A stretch of DNA of 64,000 nt from Podarcis pityusensis (GCA_964106645.2 OZ067044.1), one strand, 5' to 3'; counted from the stretch's first letter, positions 13,016-27,307 are shown. Translations and numbers: made by a program. The notes: generated by a model not told the origin, from the letters alone.

Positions 13016-13649
13016 GACACCTAAGAGACAGAACTTATTGAAAGAGAGATGCTGCATTCTGACACCACCATCCCTCTGTCCAAGCACTGTGATTGGAGAG
13101 TATTTGGTGAGATTCTAGCCCTGGATTGGAAGCTAGAGCTGTCCAGCTCTCCTTCCTCTCCCCACCCAGCATTCTTCTTATATGGTGTGCTTAATAATTA
13201 TAGCAGTGGAGACTGTCTAGCTTTAGAGATACTAATATTTAGTTTCAGACTGGCACGAATTGTTACAAATTTATTCGGGCACATGCAACCCACTCTGTGG
13301 TGTTTTGTAGCTGTGTCAATCTGATCCAAATTTGGCACAAATCTGTACAATTGGCTGGTTCAGTTTGTATTTGGACAAATTGGTTGCACAGCCTTGAATT
13401 GCCTCCAGGGAAGAGTATTGTAAGCAACACTCTTGGAAATAACAATTAATGAAATGTATGTCATGGGCGACAATGTACTTTTCTGAAATAGCTGCCTAAC
13501 CCTTTCCTTGGTGAAAAAAAGAAAATACTTTAGGCCACCAAGTTCAGTCCAAGTTAGGCACTTAAAAATACAATTGACTTTGATGACAGATAAGCATTTG
13601 CTTAACACTCTCTGAAATTAATGACTGAATTCCAGAAAACTCTGTATTA

Positions 13650-13738
13650 CAGTATAATTTTGTGCATGTTTACTCAGAAGCCTCATTAAGTTAAATGGGA
13701 CTTACTTCCAGGTAAATGTATATAGGATTGCAGCCTTA
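13650..13738. mobile_element. Short (~85 bp) palindromic MITE, Harbinger-like; representative of a multi-copy family
   Basis: CATGTTTACTCAGAAG...GGGACTTAC...AGGATTGCAGCC-TTA. Related copies near 17293, 26057, 34568, 44575, 44951, 53727 and 58338. Confidence 0.65.
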
Positions 13739-16019
13739 AAAGTACTTAGCCTTGGCTGCACTACACACATTGCTAATTTTTATTCAATTTTACAAAGAAA
13801 AATAATCTGTTTTATTGTTGATTTCAAAGTAATTTTTAAAAGGCTAGCTAACATTTCATAACCACATGCATGCAAAACTTCTGTTTTTATAGTTTTGGTG
13901 AAGGCCAAGGAGCCAATAAAGTATTGGAATAGATCTGATTATTCTAGGAAGTATAATTCAATCTGTTGTTTTTCACACAATTAAATGTATTTGGAAGCAT
14001 ATACCCATAATAATTATGATCTAGTCACAAAGCGTGCTTATTATCTGTGTTGAGTGCTTTATTAAAATGAATAACCAAATTACCATCAACTCATGTAGCA
14101 AATGATTATTATATTATGTTTTCCCCCTCTCATATTGAGAATGCATTAAAATGTTAATATAAATCATTATCAACAGTGTTTTGTATGGAGCCTATAATGT
14201 TCCTGATCTGTTTTCATCTTGGTCTTACAGTCATTTAAGTAGTATACAATGCTTGGTTCAGGAGCTTTAGACCCTAGTGGAACTATGCAAATGAATAAAG
14301 TTACTTAACTGAATCTGTGTGTTCTGAACTGGATTTTATTGTTCATTATTAAGTGACTTCTACGGTGACACAAACATTGTGTTTGAGAGAACTACTGCTT
14401 TTAAAGCTAATAAAAGATGTTTTACCTGATGGAATTACAATGGCGGGACACAGACAATACCTACAGACTCCAAGAGCATTGTTTTGATATCGGGTCACAT
14501 TATAGTGAACATACAAAGACATAGCCATGCCTTCTCAACCTCAAAACTCTACTGCAGACAGTGGCTTGCACATTTTATCACTAAATCCCAGTGAGCCTTT
14601 TCCAATAACTAGAGTTCCTTGTCCCCCTTTTCCTCAAGTGTATGTAAAGAGCTGTCAGTTGCCAGAGATCTTGCTATTATTACAAGCATAGAGCCAGGTA
14701 GACGTATCTAAAAAGAAGGATACAATAGATCTACTACATGGAGTGTTGGTGTATTTTAAGATTCCCAGAGAAAGACCCAAGGAAAGCCACAAACTGCTGC
14801 CTAAACTACATGAAAGGCCATCTTTCCCCACATGAACTTTCCTATTATAATTTTCCTTGGAGGGCCTTCTTCAGGTCTCACTATCATTAGAGGAAATACG
14901 GGTTGTGAAACTTGTCTTTTGTGATGCCCAGGTTATAGAATTGTTTCCCAAGAAGATTCATCTGACGCAAAGCCTCATTTTTAGAGGTTTTAGTGGATGC
15001 AACCCACTCTGAAAGTCTTTTGACCAAAAAGTAGGTTGTCAAGAATTCTAAATTAATTAATTAATATAAAGCCAGGGCTGGGCATCTGTGGCTCTCTAGG
15101 TGTTGCTGGATTAAAGCTGCCACCATCCTTGACCATTTGCCATGCTAGCTGAAGCTGATAGGAGTTACAGTCCACAGGTTCCCTAACCATGACTTCTAAC
15201 ACCAAAAACCAATGGTTTTTTTTGGTGAAGCACACAGTCTCCTGTATTACATTGATTAGGATAGGGTGAGAAGTTGCAAATGAAGATGAGAACCACTTTC
15301 TTGACCAATCAAGGTGCATCCAAAATCTGATGCAAAGCTATTGCTTTTGCTTCCTTTTGTTAACTGCATTGGCATATGTGCAATTATGGTTCCATACACA
15401 TGATCTGCCTTGGTGGATCAAGATAAGTAATTTAGGAACAGAGAGTAAAGATTCAAACATCAAAACTATGGGTTCATAGAATCATAGTTGTAGCCAACAT
15501 TATTCATATTCAGAATGAGATTACGCATGTCTATTAATTTCAGTGGGTTTACTCTGAGTATGATTCACACACACACATTCTGACACGTATTTCTGACTAG
15601 GAGAGTCAAGATCCATTATGCATAGTGGAGTTTCAAAAGCAGTTTTTTTTATACAGCTTTGAGGGCTTCTGCTCAAAGATAAAAAAATTAGAATATCACA
15701 CTGGGAATGTGCAATCTTTTGAAGGTGTTTAAATCAGCTCCTTAAGATGAGTGGGAGGGAAGTAATTTGTAACATTTGCATACTGCAAGATTTGCATTCC
15801 AGTACAAAGTTACCAGATTCTGTTAAACAAGGACTATTTATGGAGTAAATTGCTCTTTAAGGATTTAAGAGATGGCAGGATATAATTTGAAGATGCCTTA
15901 AGCAAATGTATTGCCTTTGTTGCAAGTGATGCAAAATGCTGCTAAATATCAAACTCTTCAGCTTTCGAAATTCATTTGCTGAGATTTGCAGGAGAGGACC
16001 AACTTCTGTGTCTGTTGGG

Positions 16020-16270
16020 AAGGACATACAACAGGGCCTTCTTGGTTGTGGGGCCTGCTCTATGCTTTCCTTTCCTAGAGGAGCCTGCTAGAGTTCTTCC
16101 CTGTAGATTTTTAAGAGTCAGGTGAAAACTTCTAGTTCAAACCAGCAGTTGGCATGTGATTTGAATTAAAAAAAAACTTTTCTCTGCTATATTTATTGAT
16201 TAATGTTATTTTACTATGTCTTATGAGTTATTGTGAACTGCTTGGAAATTTCAGAATTGGAGGGTGGTTT
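16020..16270 (+). mobile_element. Degenerate L2 3' fragment
   Basis: AGGGCCTTCTTGGTTGTGGGGCCT motif followed by AT-rich 3'UTR and TGTGAACTGC...GGGTGGT terminus. Confidence 0.55.
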
Positions 16271-19200
16271 AAAAAAAATTGACACCATTTGACTTTTTTA
16301 TTGCTTTATTGTATTTTGTATTTTTTTAACAAAACAAAACCCCAGCTATGTCTCCTCAGGAGGAGTCTTCTCCAGTAACATGTCTGAAAATTTATTAGAC
16401 AAATAAATAATATGTAGCATGTCAGTGGGATTTTAGAATGCTTTTTTCAGACTTCTCGAGCTTAAAAAGGCATATAAAGAAATAATTTCCATTGATTTTA
16501 GTAGAAGAGCATGTCCTTGCTTGGGATCACAGGCTATAAAGTTTCAGGATCATTGTCCAACACCTTGATCTTAAATGCATGTGTTGGATTAAGTCCTACT
16601 GATATTAATATAATTTAGTGCCAGATAAGTTGCATGCAAGAACTGTGAATTGGAGAGGGTTGATTGGACCTTGGTGACATTAAGAGCAGAAACAATGTAT
16701 GAAAATTAACACATTTCCCTATGCAGAACCCAGGAATCTGCTCATATAAAGTCAAGAAGGGCGCTTCAGATAATATAAATAAGGCTCATAGTGAAATCAA
16801 ACAGAGCTTATTTTACCCTTGCTGAAAAATTGGCCTCCAATAGCAAATCTGTGGTTTGTAATTTCATTTAAAAAGGAATGCTTATGCTGAAACAGGTATT
16901 TTTTTCAGATTCTACTGGCATTTTGTCAAATAATTATATACAAATAGTCAGATCAGGAGTTTAACACAGACCTACAAAGCTATGATCCTTTATATCTCCA
17001 CTCACTGTATGAAGTATGAATGAATGCTTTACTAAAGGATTATTAAAATGTTCACCAATGAATCTCTTGCAAATCCAAGGTAGATTAGTCTTTCCAGACT
17101 TGAATATATCTATCTTGTACATAAAATTAGCTACTTGTCTGTCAGCCACTGTAAATACATATTTGAGTATAAATGATTTTGACATTGGATACATTCAGAC
17201 TGAATTCATCGTGTAACCTTCAAATGATTTCAGTACAAATTTTTAACTATGGAAAGCAATTGCTTTAGTATCTATTGTAAAACTTCTGAAAGAGCAATTT
17301 GATACATGACTTCTCGGAAGTAAGCCCCACTGAGTTCAGTAAAACTTACTCCCATGTAAGTGTATGTAGGCTTGCAGCCTTAATGTAGTTAATAAAACTG
17401 TATTTTTTTTGGGGGGGGAGAGACTGGGTTAGTATTGTATTTGTATAGTAGAAATATATCAGGCTTGGTACATTACCTCACTTTTTTATTCTTTGCATAT
17501 TTGCAAAATTATTTCCAGCAGTTGTGTGTTTCTGGGGAAGAAAGCAAGGTTTAATAGTTATCTACATACAATGTGTACCAACTTTTCTAATGTTTTCATT
17601 TTAACAGTGTGCTGGAGAAACAAATTTATGCTGATAAACATCAATAACATATTCTTTTAACAGATTGCTTAGAATGAAAATAAAACCCAAAGCAATGGCT
17701 ATTCCTTGTGTCATAGTAAATATAAGGATTTCATTTTAGTAAAATCTTGCCTAATAAAATTAAAATATTGCAAATAAATTTATTTCTAGTGCAGTTTAAT
17801 GAACCATTATAAAGAACACTTTGAGTATGACGTTTAAGCGATATAAAGAAGGCAAGCATCTCTGTTTATACTGGCTCCATGAACAGATCCAATAGAAATA
17901 TGTGGATTTTGACCTTAACCTTCCATATATGGTAGGTGTCTATCCCATGATATTTTTTTTTGCCAGTGCTAAGCAAATAGAGACCCTTGGTGTATCAGCT
18001 TAAGACTGTTAGGCACAACTTTTTTGCTTGGTTTTGCTTGGTTTTATTGATGGATTTTCTTCAGAATGTATACCAGTTGGACATTGCAGCCAGAAGGTAT
18101 TTTCTATTTATGAGAGTTGTTTTCAATCACAAAGTTTGTTAATGGAAGGTAAGGCTATACTCAATATATGATAACAGAGTCTGAGACAAAATTATGAATG
18201 TGAGTCGGAAACCAGTTTTAGTTAGGGCATTTGAACTTGTATAAGTAAGCTATGTGTACAATTCACAGTGTTTATCTCCTTGTGAGAAAATTATTTGTAT
18301 TGTGGAGGAGGCTGTGCTTATTTATAAACGTATATCTTATGGTGAGATTGGTTTAAATAGCTCAGAATAACTCTGTTATTGTGGGTGGGGGGCACTGCTT
18401 CTCTGGTGATGTGTAGTTCGATTTTTCGAAGAACGGTAATTGTATTAAAATATCATTCTTTTAAAAAGACATCAGTTACCAAAAATATTCCCACTAGATT
18501 CTTTCCTAGCTTGAGTTTTTATGTACACAAAGGACAGATAAAAACACAATTAATGTAAAAAGACACTGTGCACCACCAAGTATGAATAAGGATGAGGTGC
18601 AATTGCTCTAAAAATGAAATCCAAGTCGAAGTGTGTTTAAATGATTCATTTTGCCCACCATCATTTGTATCTGCACATTATGAACTGTTGAAAGGTTTGT
18701 GGTTATCGTGTCAGATTGCTTGATGTTGGCACAGGGCAGGGTTTAGTGTAGGTTAAATATTTCTGAACTGACTTTTTATGTGGATATTTTTGCCTCTTTC
18801 CTTGCGCAGCAGAGGACGAATCTGCTACGCGCGCCCAAGTCAAGTTCAGACGTGAATGTTGCGTGATATTATTATTATTATTTTTGTAAAGAGTGGACTC
18901 GATCGTCCCCTTCCTTATGGAGCTTCTCCCGGCTGGATCCCGCGTTTTGTCGTCCGCTTCGGGCTTCTCGTAAGAAACCTCACTTAAAAGAAACTGCCCC
19001 GTTCAGAGGGGCTTAAATCCGCCCCCCCCCCCCAATATCCCCCAAGGCTCTCGGCTGAGGAAAGCTAATTATGCTCTCTCTTGCTCGGAAGGTGGAGAAC
19101 TGGCTTTCCCGTGCCTCTTCTCCGAAGCTATAAATGGTTTGGTGGTGATGGTGCCTCAGAAGCAGCAGCAAAGAGAGAAAGAGGGAGAGGGAGAGAGAGA

Positions 19201-19443
19201 GAGAGAAATCCCGCGCGCTTCTTGACAGGGCGCGCTCGGGCCGCATTCTTCCCCCACAGCTGTTTATTCACATACTGCGGGATCCTTCATTTGCATACCC
19301 AAACTGCTCGCCAGCAAAGGTTTGCCTCTGAGGCAAGCCAGCCCAGGGCTCTCTCGGTTCGATTGTGTTAGCATTTATTTATTTTTTAAGGACAAGAGAA
19401 TAGCTGTGGTTTGCATTACAAATAAACAAAAGGGGGAGAAGGA

Positions 19444-19445
<2 letters not shown>

Positions 19446-19477
<32 letters not shown>
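19446..19477. repeat. (GA)16 microsatellite in the promoter
   Basis: Read directly. Confidence 0.95.
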
Positions 19478-19479
<2 letters not shown>

Positions 19480-19915
19480 CCTCGAGGCAGACCTACAAGA
19501 CTGGGCAAAAAAATAAAATATAAAACCACCTATATGGAGATGGGGAAGAGATGAAGATTGGGCTGCCGCTCCTTTGTCTGCTCAGCCTCCCCACAGATAA
19601 TATCTCCGGCCGCCTTCGCTGAGGAGCCGAGCGGGAGAGAGAGAGCGCGCGCGCCGCGGCTTCTTCCCGAAGCGGCGTTTGAGCGGGAATTTCGGAGCGG
19701 CGGCGGCGGCGTCCTCCTCAGAGCTGGGTGCTGCCGCTGCCGGAGACGGGCCCCTCGGTGCCACTTCCGACTTTAAGCCTTCCTGGGAAAGCCCTCGGTG
19801 GCTGTTTTCAATTTCTTCGCCGAAGACACAGCGCCCTCCCTCAGCTCCGCTCCCCACAGCCACCCCACCTCTCTCTCCCTCCCTCACACACACACTCGCT
19901 TGGCAGGCACAGCCC

Positions 19916-19945
19916 GCGGCGGCGGCAGCAGCAGCAGCAGCAGCA
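19916..19945 (+). repeat. (GCG)3(GCA)7 trinucleotide repeat in the promoter/5'UTR
   Basis: Read directly. Confidence 0.95.
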
Positions 19946-22459
19946 ACAGAAGTCAGTCAGTCCAGTCAGTCTCTCGCTCGCTCCTCAGCCACCCTCTGCT
20001 CTCAACTCGGATTTTTTCCCTCCAGACTGAGCTGCGCTTCTGGTCGAGGGGGCACTTAAAAAATAAAATAAAAAGTAAAAACTTTTTTTTTTGTTAAAGC
20101 CCAAACCAGGCTAAAGAGAGAGAGAGAGCTTTTCACCCAGGAATTTTTAAAAAACCAACCAAAACAAAACTATGTGAGCAACGGTTGGTTGGGCTTTAAG
20201 TTAAGCGCCAGCGTGAAGGCAGCCCATAATACTTGGTGGATGCAGCAAAGCCGTTCACTGTAAGTACGAACCCGGCTGTTTCAAAAACTGCATGGATTTG
20301 ACAACAGCTGCCCCATCTTGCAAAACAGGGAGAGAGGACACTTTTTTGTTTTTGTTTTTGCTTTCAGACGAAAAGCACCTTCGTCCGTGGCCTGTTTGCA
20401 AAACAAGTTTGTACTTTTCCAAGAATCTCAGTAATCTTCCACGACTGGATCTCCTGCACGTTTCTTTCTTTTTCTTTCTTTCTCTTTCTCTCTCTCTCTC
20501 TATCTCCCCCCCCCCCCCCAACTCCCAACTCCAATTAATATCTAATATACGTCACTTTTTGCAGTTAATTGTGTTTCCCGGCTGGCTCCCCACAAATCAA
20601 ATGCTACATGGCTCTCAGCTCTTTATTTGTGTTCAACTTGCATTTTGTGCCTTGTGATTGGGTTTTCTAAAGTGTTCGAGGGTCACTGAAAATAAAGAAC
20701 ACAATGCTGAGTGATTATATATATATATATATATATATGAATTTTTATAGACGTGGCTGAAAGGCACAAGAATTCAGAAGAACAGAGAAAGGGGGACATA
20801 TGGCAGAGACTGACAGCTCTTGCCGAAGCAGGAAATCCTGCTTAATATGTTTAAATGCTGGCAAAGCTCTGCTGAACCTTAAACGAGGGCTTTATCAAAA
20901 TGGCAAAATAAACAGCGCCCTGACAATATTATATATGACGTTAGGTACTGCTGGAAACTCAACACTTCGAATTAGGAAACGACCTCTTTAAAGCCCAGGC
21001 ATACTTTACATCATGTTTATGAATCTCCTTACTCACGAAATTTATAAGAATGCTTTTCTTGAAGCTGTTTTATGAACGTCAAAATATTCTTTAAAAAAAT
21101 CCAAAAAACAACAACCAGCCATCAAATTATATAAAATTACCCTCGAGCCCAAATTTTAGGTGCACTTTAATGGGGAGGGGGAGTGCAGAAGTCACTTTTA
21201 AAGCCAATAATAAATGTAAGTTTATCTTTTAATGAAAGGAAAGTCCAGATGGTCAGCTTTAGGGATAATTTTTTTAGATCATCAGAATGGTGTGAGTGTG
21301 TGTGACTTGTTTTGTTTTTTGTCTCTCTTCCCCCTCCCCTTCATGCATACTTTCTGGAATCTGCATTTTAAGGTTTCTTGGAGGTTTCTTTCTACTAGCC
21401 TCAAGAGAATTATGGATTTCATAAATGCATGACGCTGCGTGTGTATAAAATACATATTAATGGAATTTTGGCATTACCTGAGCTTCAGTTTTGTTGCTTA
21501 ATGACCTATCTTTAGCTTTAGGAAGCTGAAAACCCAGCACAGTGACAGATTTTTTTTTTTTAAAAAACAAGCCATTGTTTCAGTTGTGGTGGTCGCAGCA
21601 GGGGTTAACACAGATCCCAATGAGAGGGAACAAATGAGTGGGGTTTTGTTGAATGTTTAATAGTAACTAAAAAGTTGTTACACAAAGTGCAACATACAAT
21701 GCAATGCTGGGCATGTTTACTTGGAAGTAAGTACCATTGTGTACAAACTAAGAGACTTTAAGACTGCAACTTCAAAGTTACATTTTTGTTGTTTCAGAAG
21801 CATTGTCACAGTGACATATGTCTTCTGTTTTTAAATTTCAGTGATATGTCAAAATTTCAGATGTATTTAGGGAGATTATCATTATAATATTCTGTTTGGG
21901 GGATTGATGCACTAATTTAATCTAGTTAATAATATGCATAAATAATAAATAATGCATTAATTTAATCTATTTAATAATATGGTTACATTTTTAAAGCACA
22001 TGGTTTAAAAAAGTGCATTTAAATACTTTAGCATTTGGAGGTAGCCCTTATTGAAGATTGGCGGGGTTTTGTAAAATACTGAAGTTAAGAATTGTGGTTT
22101 TCTTCATTTTTTTTATTTCCATTTTTGTCAATGTTTTATGTTGAAGATGTTAACTTTGCGGGGGAAAATGCAGTTTCAGATATAAAAAAATATGATTAGA
22201 AAGTTCCCATTGTCTTTACGATTTCTGGTTTAGATCACAACTGTGGTTGAAAGTAAGTTACTAACTCACATGTGAGCTATATTTGTTTGAATAAGCATAG
22301 CATTTTTTACTTTGATTTTTTTCTTTCAGCTGGAAGAAATGTTCTAAATTATAGTCATTTTATAAGAATTGCTTCTAGCAAGTGAAAAAAAAGTCTGGAA
22401 AACCAATAATTTAGACAAGTACCTACATTTTATTTGTTCTATGGTGCTGAGATTTAGAA

Positions 22460-22791
22460 NNNNNNNNNNNNNNNNNNNNNNNNNNNNNNNNNNNNNNNNN
22501 NNNNNNNNNNNNNNNNNNNNNNNNNNNNNNNNNNNNNNNNNNNNNNNNNNNNNNNNNNNNNNNNNNNNNNNNNNNNNNNNNNNNNNNNNNNNNNNNNNNN
22601 NNNNNNNNNNNNNNNNNNNNNNNNNNNNNNNNNNNNNNNNNNNNNNNNNNNNNNNNNNNNNNNNNNNNNNNNNNNNNNNNNNNNNNNNNNNNNNNNNNNN
22701 NNNNNNNNNNNNNNNNNNNNNNNNNNNNNNNNNNNNNNNNNNNNNNNNNNNNNNNNNNNNNNNNNNNNNNNNNNNNNNNNNNNNNNNNNNN
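22460..22791. other. Assembly gap (332 N) in EYA1 intron 1
   Basis: Run of N. Confidence 1.
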
Positions 22792-23720
22792 AACATCAAC
22801 AAAACCTACATCTGTGAAGAATTATAAATTTAATTAGAAAAAACCCAAAATTAAAAGATCTCATTAACTAATCAGAATTAGACGTTACTGCTTTAAGATA
22901 CTTAAGTGTCATTTTGGTGTTATTAAAGATGCTAGTAGCTTTGCCATCACAATCCTTTCTTTTTCATTTTAGAAATACTAAGAGGCAATGTTAGTCAAAC
23001 ATTTTTTAGCCCTTTAAAGCCACTTCCTAAGTAGTAATCATGTGATTTTTCATAAGGAGCAATAAGTTTTATTTAAAATATTGTTGGCCTGATTTCCCTG
23101 GGCATGGCATTTGCTCATTGTAGCAATTCTCCCTCCCATTTTTAAAGTATTCTTTCTTGAGTAGATTTTAATTATTGCTGTAATCTTCCTACTTGTGTAA
23201 TAATTAATGAGCCATAGAAGACCATATACTTTGTTGGTAAGGCTGTATTAGATGACAGTAGATGCAGACATATTAAAGTAGCAGTAACGGTGAAACGCTA
23301 TTCATACATATGTTGCTTTCCAAAAACTGGGCATCCTAAGTGCAGTTACTCACTGCACTGTAATTTCGCATCCTGCATAAAAAACTGAAAGCATGTAAAG
23401 TGTAGCATTTTGTAAATTGTAACTAATTTCACCAACATCTGTGTCTAATTGTTGTCTGCATTTGCATTCTTGAGAGTAGATTTATTTTTCCTGTACCACT
23501 ATGTGGATTCACTTGACCAATCTAAGTAAGGATTAGTAGTTTTAAAGTTATTTTGATTAAAGAATCATTTTTAAATACCATAACACACAACACATGGTTT
23601 AAATAATCCTTAATAGGAAAAGGACTGTAACTGAAGTATGACGAATGAAAATGAAGGTCTTGGATATGAACTCTCACAGCTTACAGAATCTTAAAAAGAT
23701 ATGCTAATATCTGCAGCATA

Positions 23721-23722
<2 letters not shown>

Positions 23723-23769
<47 letters not shown>
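23723..23769. repeat. (AT)n microsatellite; a shorter one lies at about 20716-20738
   Basis: Read directly. Confidence 0.95.
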
Positions 23770-23774
<5 letters not shown>

Positions 23775-25616
23775 TAGTAGTTATTTAAAGACAGAGGTAA
23801 TAGAATATTTTCAGAACAATTTTTGTTCATTGTCTGTAATTGACAAATTATATTCTACAACATCAGCAAAATAATATACAAAACATTAGTACATATTACT
23901 AGAAGTTCAATTAAAATTATTATATTTAAATGGCCCTCCATATTGTTAATAAGAGATAACTGTAAAGTATGCATCGTTCCCTCCTATAATTTATTAAAAG
24001 TGTACAGAAGTACAAGGAGAGAACATATCCTAAAGCCATTCCACCGCAGTGTCTAGGGTTAAGAGTAAAAAGTTTCCATCTTACACTTGGGTCCTTTGTA
24101 TTTTCCTTTTTAAAAAATGTCTTAGCTGTTGCAAATACACATTTCATACTCCAGTTTGATTTGGTTTGCTATGGTCTATTAAAAAGCACACTATGCAGCA
24201 TTTTAAATACCTTTGGTGGGGGGAGAGTTACAGTTTTCCTATCTGTGTTAGTACATGCTTTTTGCTATTGTGTGTAACATTATATGTTGTCTGGCTGCTT
24301 ATACGAGTGGTGTACTCCTGCTAAAGTAGTAATTCTGTCTGTGATTAAAAATAACAAAAACTAGAGGCACACAAGTGAGATTTTCCTGGATGACTTTTAT
24401 GGCACTTAAAATGCCTCATCTTGCTTGTCTTTGTTCTGTGATCATGTAAGAGATGTCAGTTCAGGTTGGGTGGAATTCTGAATTCAGACATTTAGACAAT
24501 GTATGTCCTTGCTGGGGAAGTTTTGTTTGTGCTTTCAAGCCAGCAGCCAGTCTTCACCTGGGCTTTATCACCTGCTGGCAGTTGTTAGTGGCTTTTTTGG
24601 CGGGTGTGTGTGAGAGAGAGTGAGTGTGGAAACTGGTATCAAAGGCTATTCATTTAAACACAACCTTACACATTTTTTAATAACATGCAACAGCACTGCA
24701 CTAAACCAGTGAGGGTCTAGATTTCAAACATTATTGAATCTCTCGCCCACCCTAGTCCAAAGAGTGTACATTCACAGAGAATGCAAAAGAGCAATTCATG
24801 ACCACAGAGTTCATTTTAGAAATATATTTTTGCGTACTGCCCATATTCATTCATTCTGAAGTGTATGCTCTTCTTTTTTGTTTAACTTGATTGTAGGAAG
24901 AGGTGCAGATAAGAGGAAGGGGAATTTCTGGCCTAGATAAACATAAACATTCGGAAACTTTCAGTCAAATTATAGGAGCATAGCATTGCATTTGACTTTA
25001 AATCCTTCAGCGTTGGTTTGCAGTCTTCAAAGTTGGCTGGAAACTGGACTTGCAAACTTAAATGACAGAGTGGAAGGAGGAGGGAGGGATGAAAACTAAC
25101 ATGATAAGGATAAGAGACTGTCAAGAGTTAAAGGAGTGGGAGGGTGCTGTGTTTCAGCCAGTGATAACAAAAACTGAAAGATCTTTAGAGGATGCTGGGG
25201 GAAAGCATTAGGGAGCTTCTTCCCTTTGCTAGATATATTTTCTCTGTTAATAGCTACCTTACCCAGGCACCTCTTCCTAAACTACCTTAGCAAGACTGCT
25301 TTGCATGTTGACTGGGGGAGGGGAAATCCAGTGTGCAGCTGTCATAGGCCAGTGATGAATCACTATCCCGTCATTTGGCTGCCTTCCCCATGACATGGGC
25401 AAGGGGGGGGGGGGCTGGATAGACCTGCTGGAGGAAACAACAGTTGAGGCTTCAATTTAAAGACAATATGTCTTTCACTGCAGCAGTAACCCCCTCCTTC
25501 TCTTTTGGTTAAAAGACAGCATTACCATCCCCAGGAAGATTTCTTTGTTTAGTTAGATTAAGACCTGACATGAACGTAGAATAACAGAGGCTTCTATTTG
25601 TGTCCCTGGTTTGCAG

Positions 25617-25666
25617 GTGCAAAAATCCCAAACCAGTTCAGATGTTGCTGTTTCATCCATTTGCAG
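25617..25666 (+). other. EYA1: EYA1 exon 2 (50 nt; 5'UTR or alternatively coding; ATG at 25642)
   Basis: tttgcag| acceptor and CAG|gtaagg donor. ATG 25642 reads MLLFHPFA, resembling the MLLFPQVA N-terminus I recall for human isoform EYA1B. Confidence 0.88.
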
Positions 25667-27079
25667 GTAAGGATAAGATCAAAGTGGCCTTTCTGTAGGG
25701 GGAAAAAACTACTTAGAATGAAGTTATTTTACTCCATGTGAAAGACATATGAATGATATTCGATTGTTGTTCATTTTAAACTGGAGAATATTGTTTCACT
25801 GCTTTGAGAAGTAATTTAAATATGCACTTTTAAATAAAGGTTCTACTCAGCACTAAAATGTTTTATAATTCATGTATACACTTCTGTGTATTTTAAAATT
25901 GTTTGGATTTGGTCATGAAAGTAACACCAGTAGTCTAGCATTTAAAAGGACTACAACTGGTAATTTTTAAATGGAGCATTATTAGTGAGAAAATTTGTAG
26001 TGTAAAAGCAATATAACTGTGGAAAGTAAAATACATATTTATGTTAGAAAATGTGCAATGGAATTCTGTGCACGCTTCCTTGGTAGTAAATTCCACTGAG
26101 TTGAGTGGGGTTTACTCTTAAGGAGGTGCACAGCTTTGCAACCAAAGTTAAACTGATTTGGGGGACTTCAAGTATACTGTGCAAACTTTTCCTGATAATA
26201 TTTAATCCAAAAATATTTCGAAAGCAAAATATGTTAGCATATTGTAAACTTTGGGCTTAATGCAAACTGATACTTCATTACATAGAAATGAATCAAGTGT
26301 TCCAAAACTTTCTTCATGCCGAAGGGCCCTTATTCTAGAGTACATGATTTGAACATTGCCCCTTAACTATATTATGCAGATCTTCTATTCAGTATAAATC
26401 TAATGGAAGTTGAGTATTATAAAAGCTATTATGATCAGGAATCGTAAGCACAGTTAAGATACAAGAAAGGCAATATATTCTATAAAATATTGACAATTTG
26501 CACTGATTCTGTTCTTGTTTCACTTTAAGTGACAGTTCAAGTACTACAAAGTGCTAAAGCATACTAATGCCTGTATGGATTCACTGTATATTGGCCTTAT
26601 CCCTTTTCAATTGGGCACGCTTTATGTAATCCACAAAGCAAACAAGAGAGCAGACATAATAATGTTTTAATGCTGCATTTGTTTCAACGGAAACAGAAGA
26701 ACAATTAAGTAGTTTGCCAGAGTAAACACATACATCAGGAATATCTCATTCCTTGTCAGTTGAGCGTAGGTTCAACTATTGCTTCAAGTGTTTTATTTGG
26801 TTTGGAGGCCCATTAAATCGTAATTGGGTGGTAAATTATATGCAAGCGAACAGTGTGACTGTAATGCACTTGGGATGTACTTTTCAATGCATTTTAATTT
26901 TTGTCTCTAATTTTGCGCTTTATAAAAATGTGTAGACAAGCAGGTATAAATGTATTTTAAATCTGTTAAGGATTGTGTATTATACAGAGCCATTATGAAA
27001 TGAGTGTATGAAACGACTCAAAAATGTAAGGCAAACTAAGGAAGTAATAATGTGTATGAAATAGTAAAATCAATGGTAG

Positions 27080-27307
<228 letters not shown>

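Larger units (their letters stand above)
18800..20259 (+). promoter_or_regulatory. EYA1: CpG-rich promoter and non-coding first exon region of EYA1
   Basis: Sharp rise in CpG/GC against an AT-rich background. GC box plus CCAAT near 19019-19037, TATAAAT 19129-19135, Fox-like TGTTTAT 19261-19267, octamer ATTTGCAT 19289-19296, GA tracts. Strong donor ACT|gtaagt at 20259/20260. The TSS cannot be located from sequence. Confidence 0.8.

Noticed and set aside
19013-20097. Several 65-126 aa ORFs with poly-Ala/Gln/Ser in the CpG island
   Set aside because: They arise on both strands from GC-rich, stop-poor sequence and one trinucleotide repeat; no recognisable protein.
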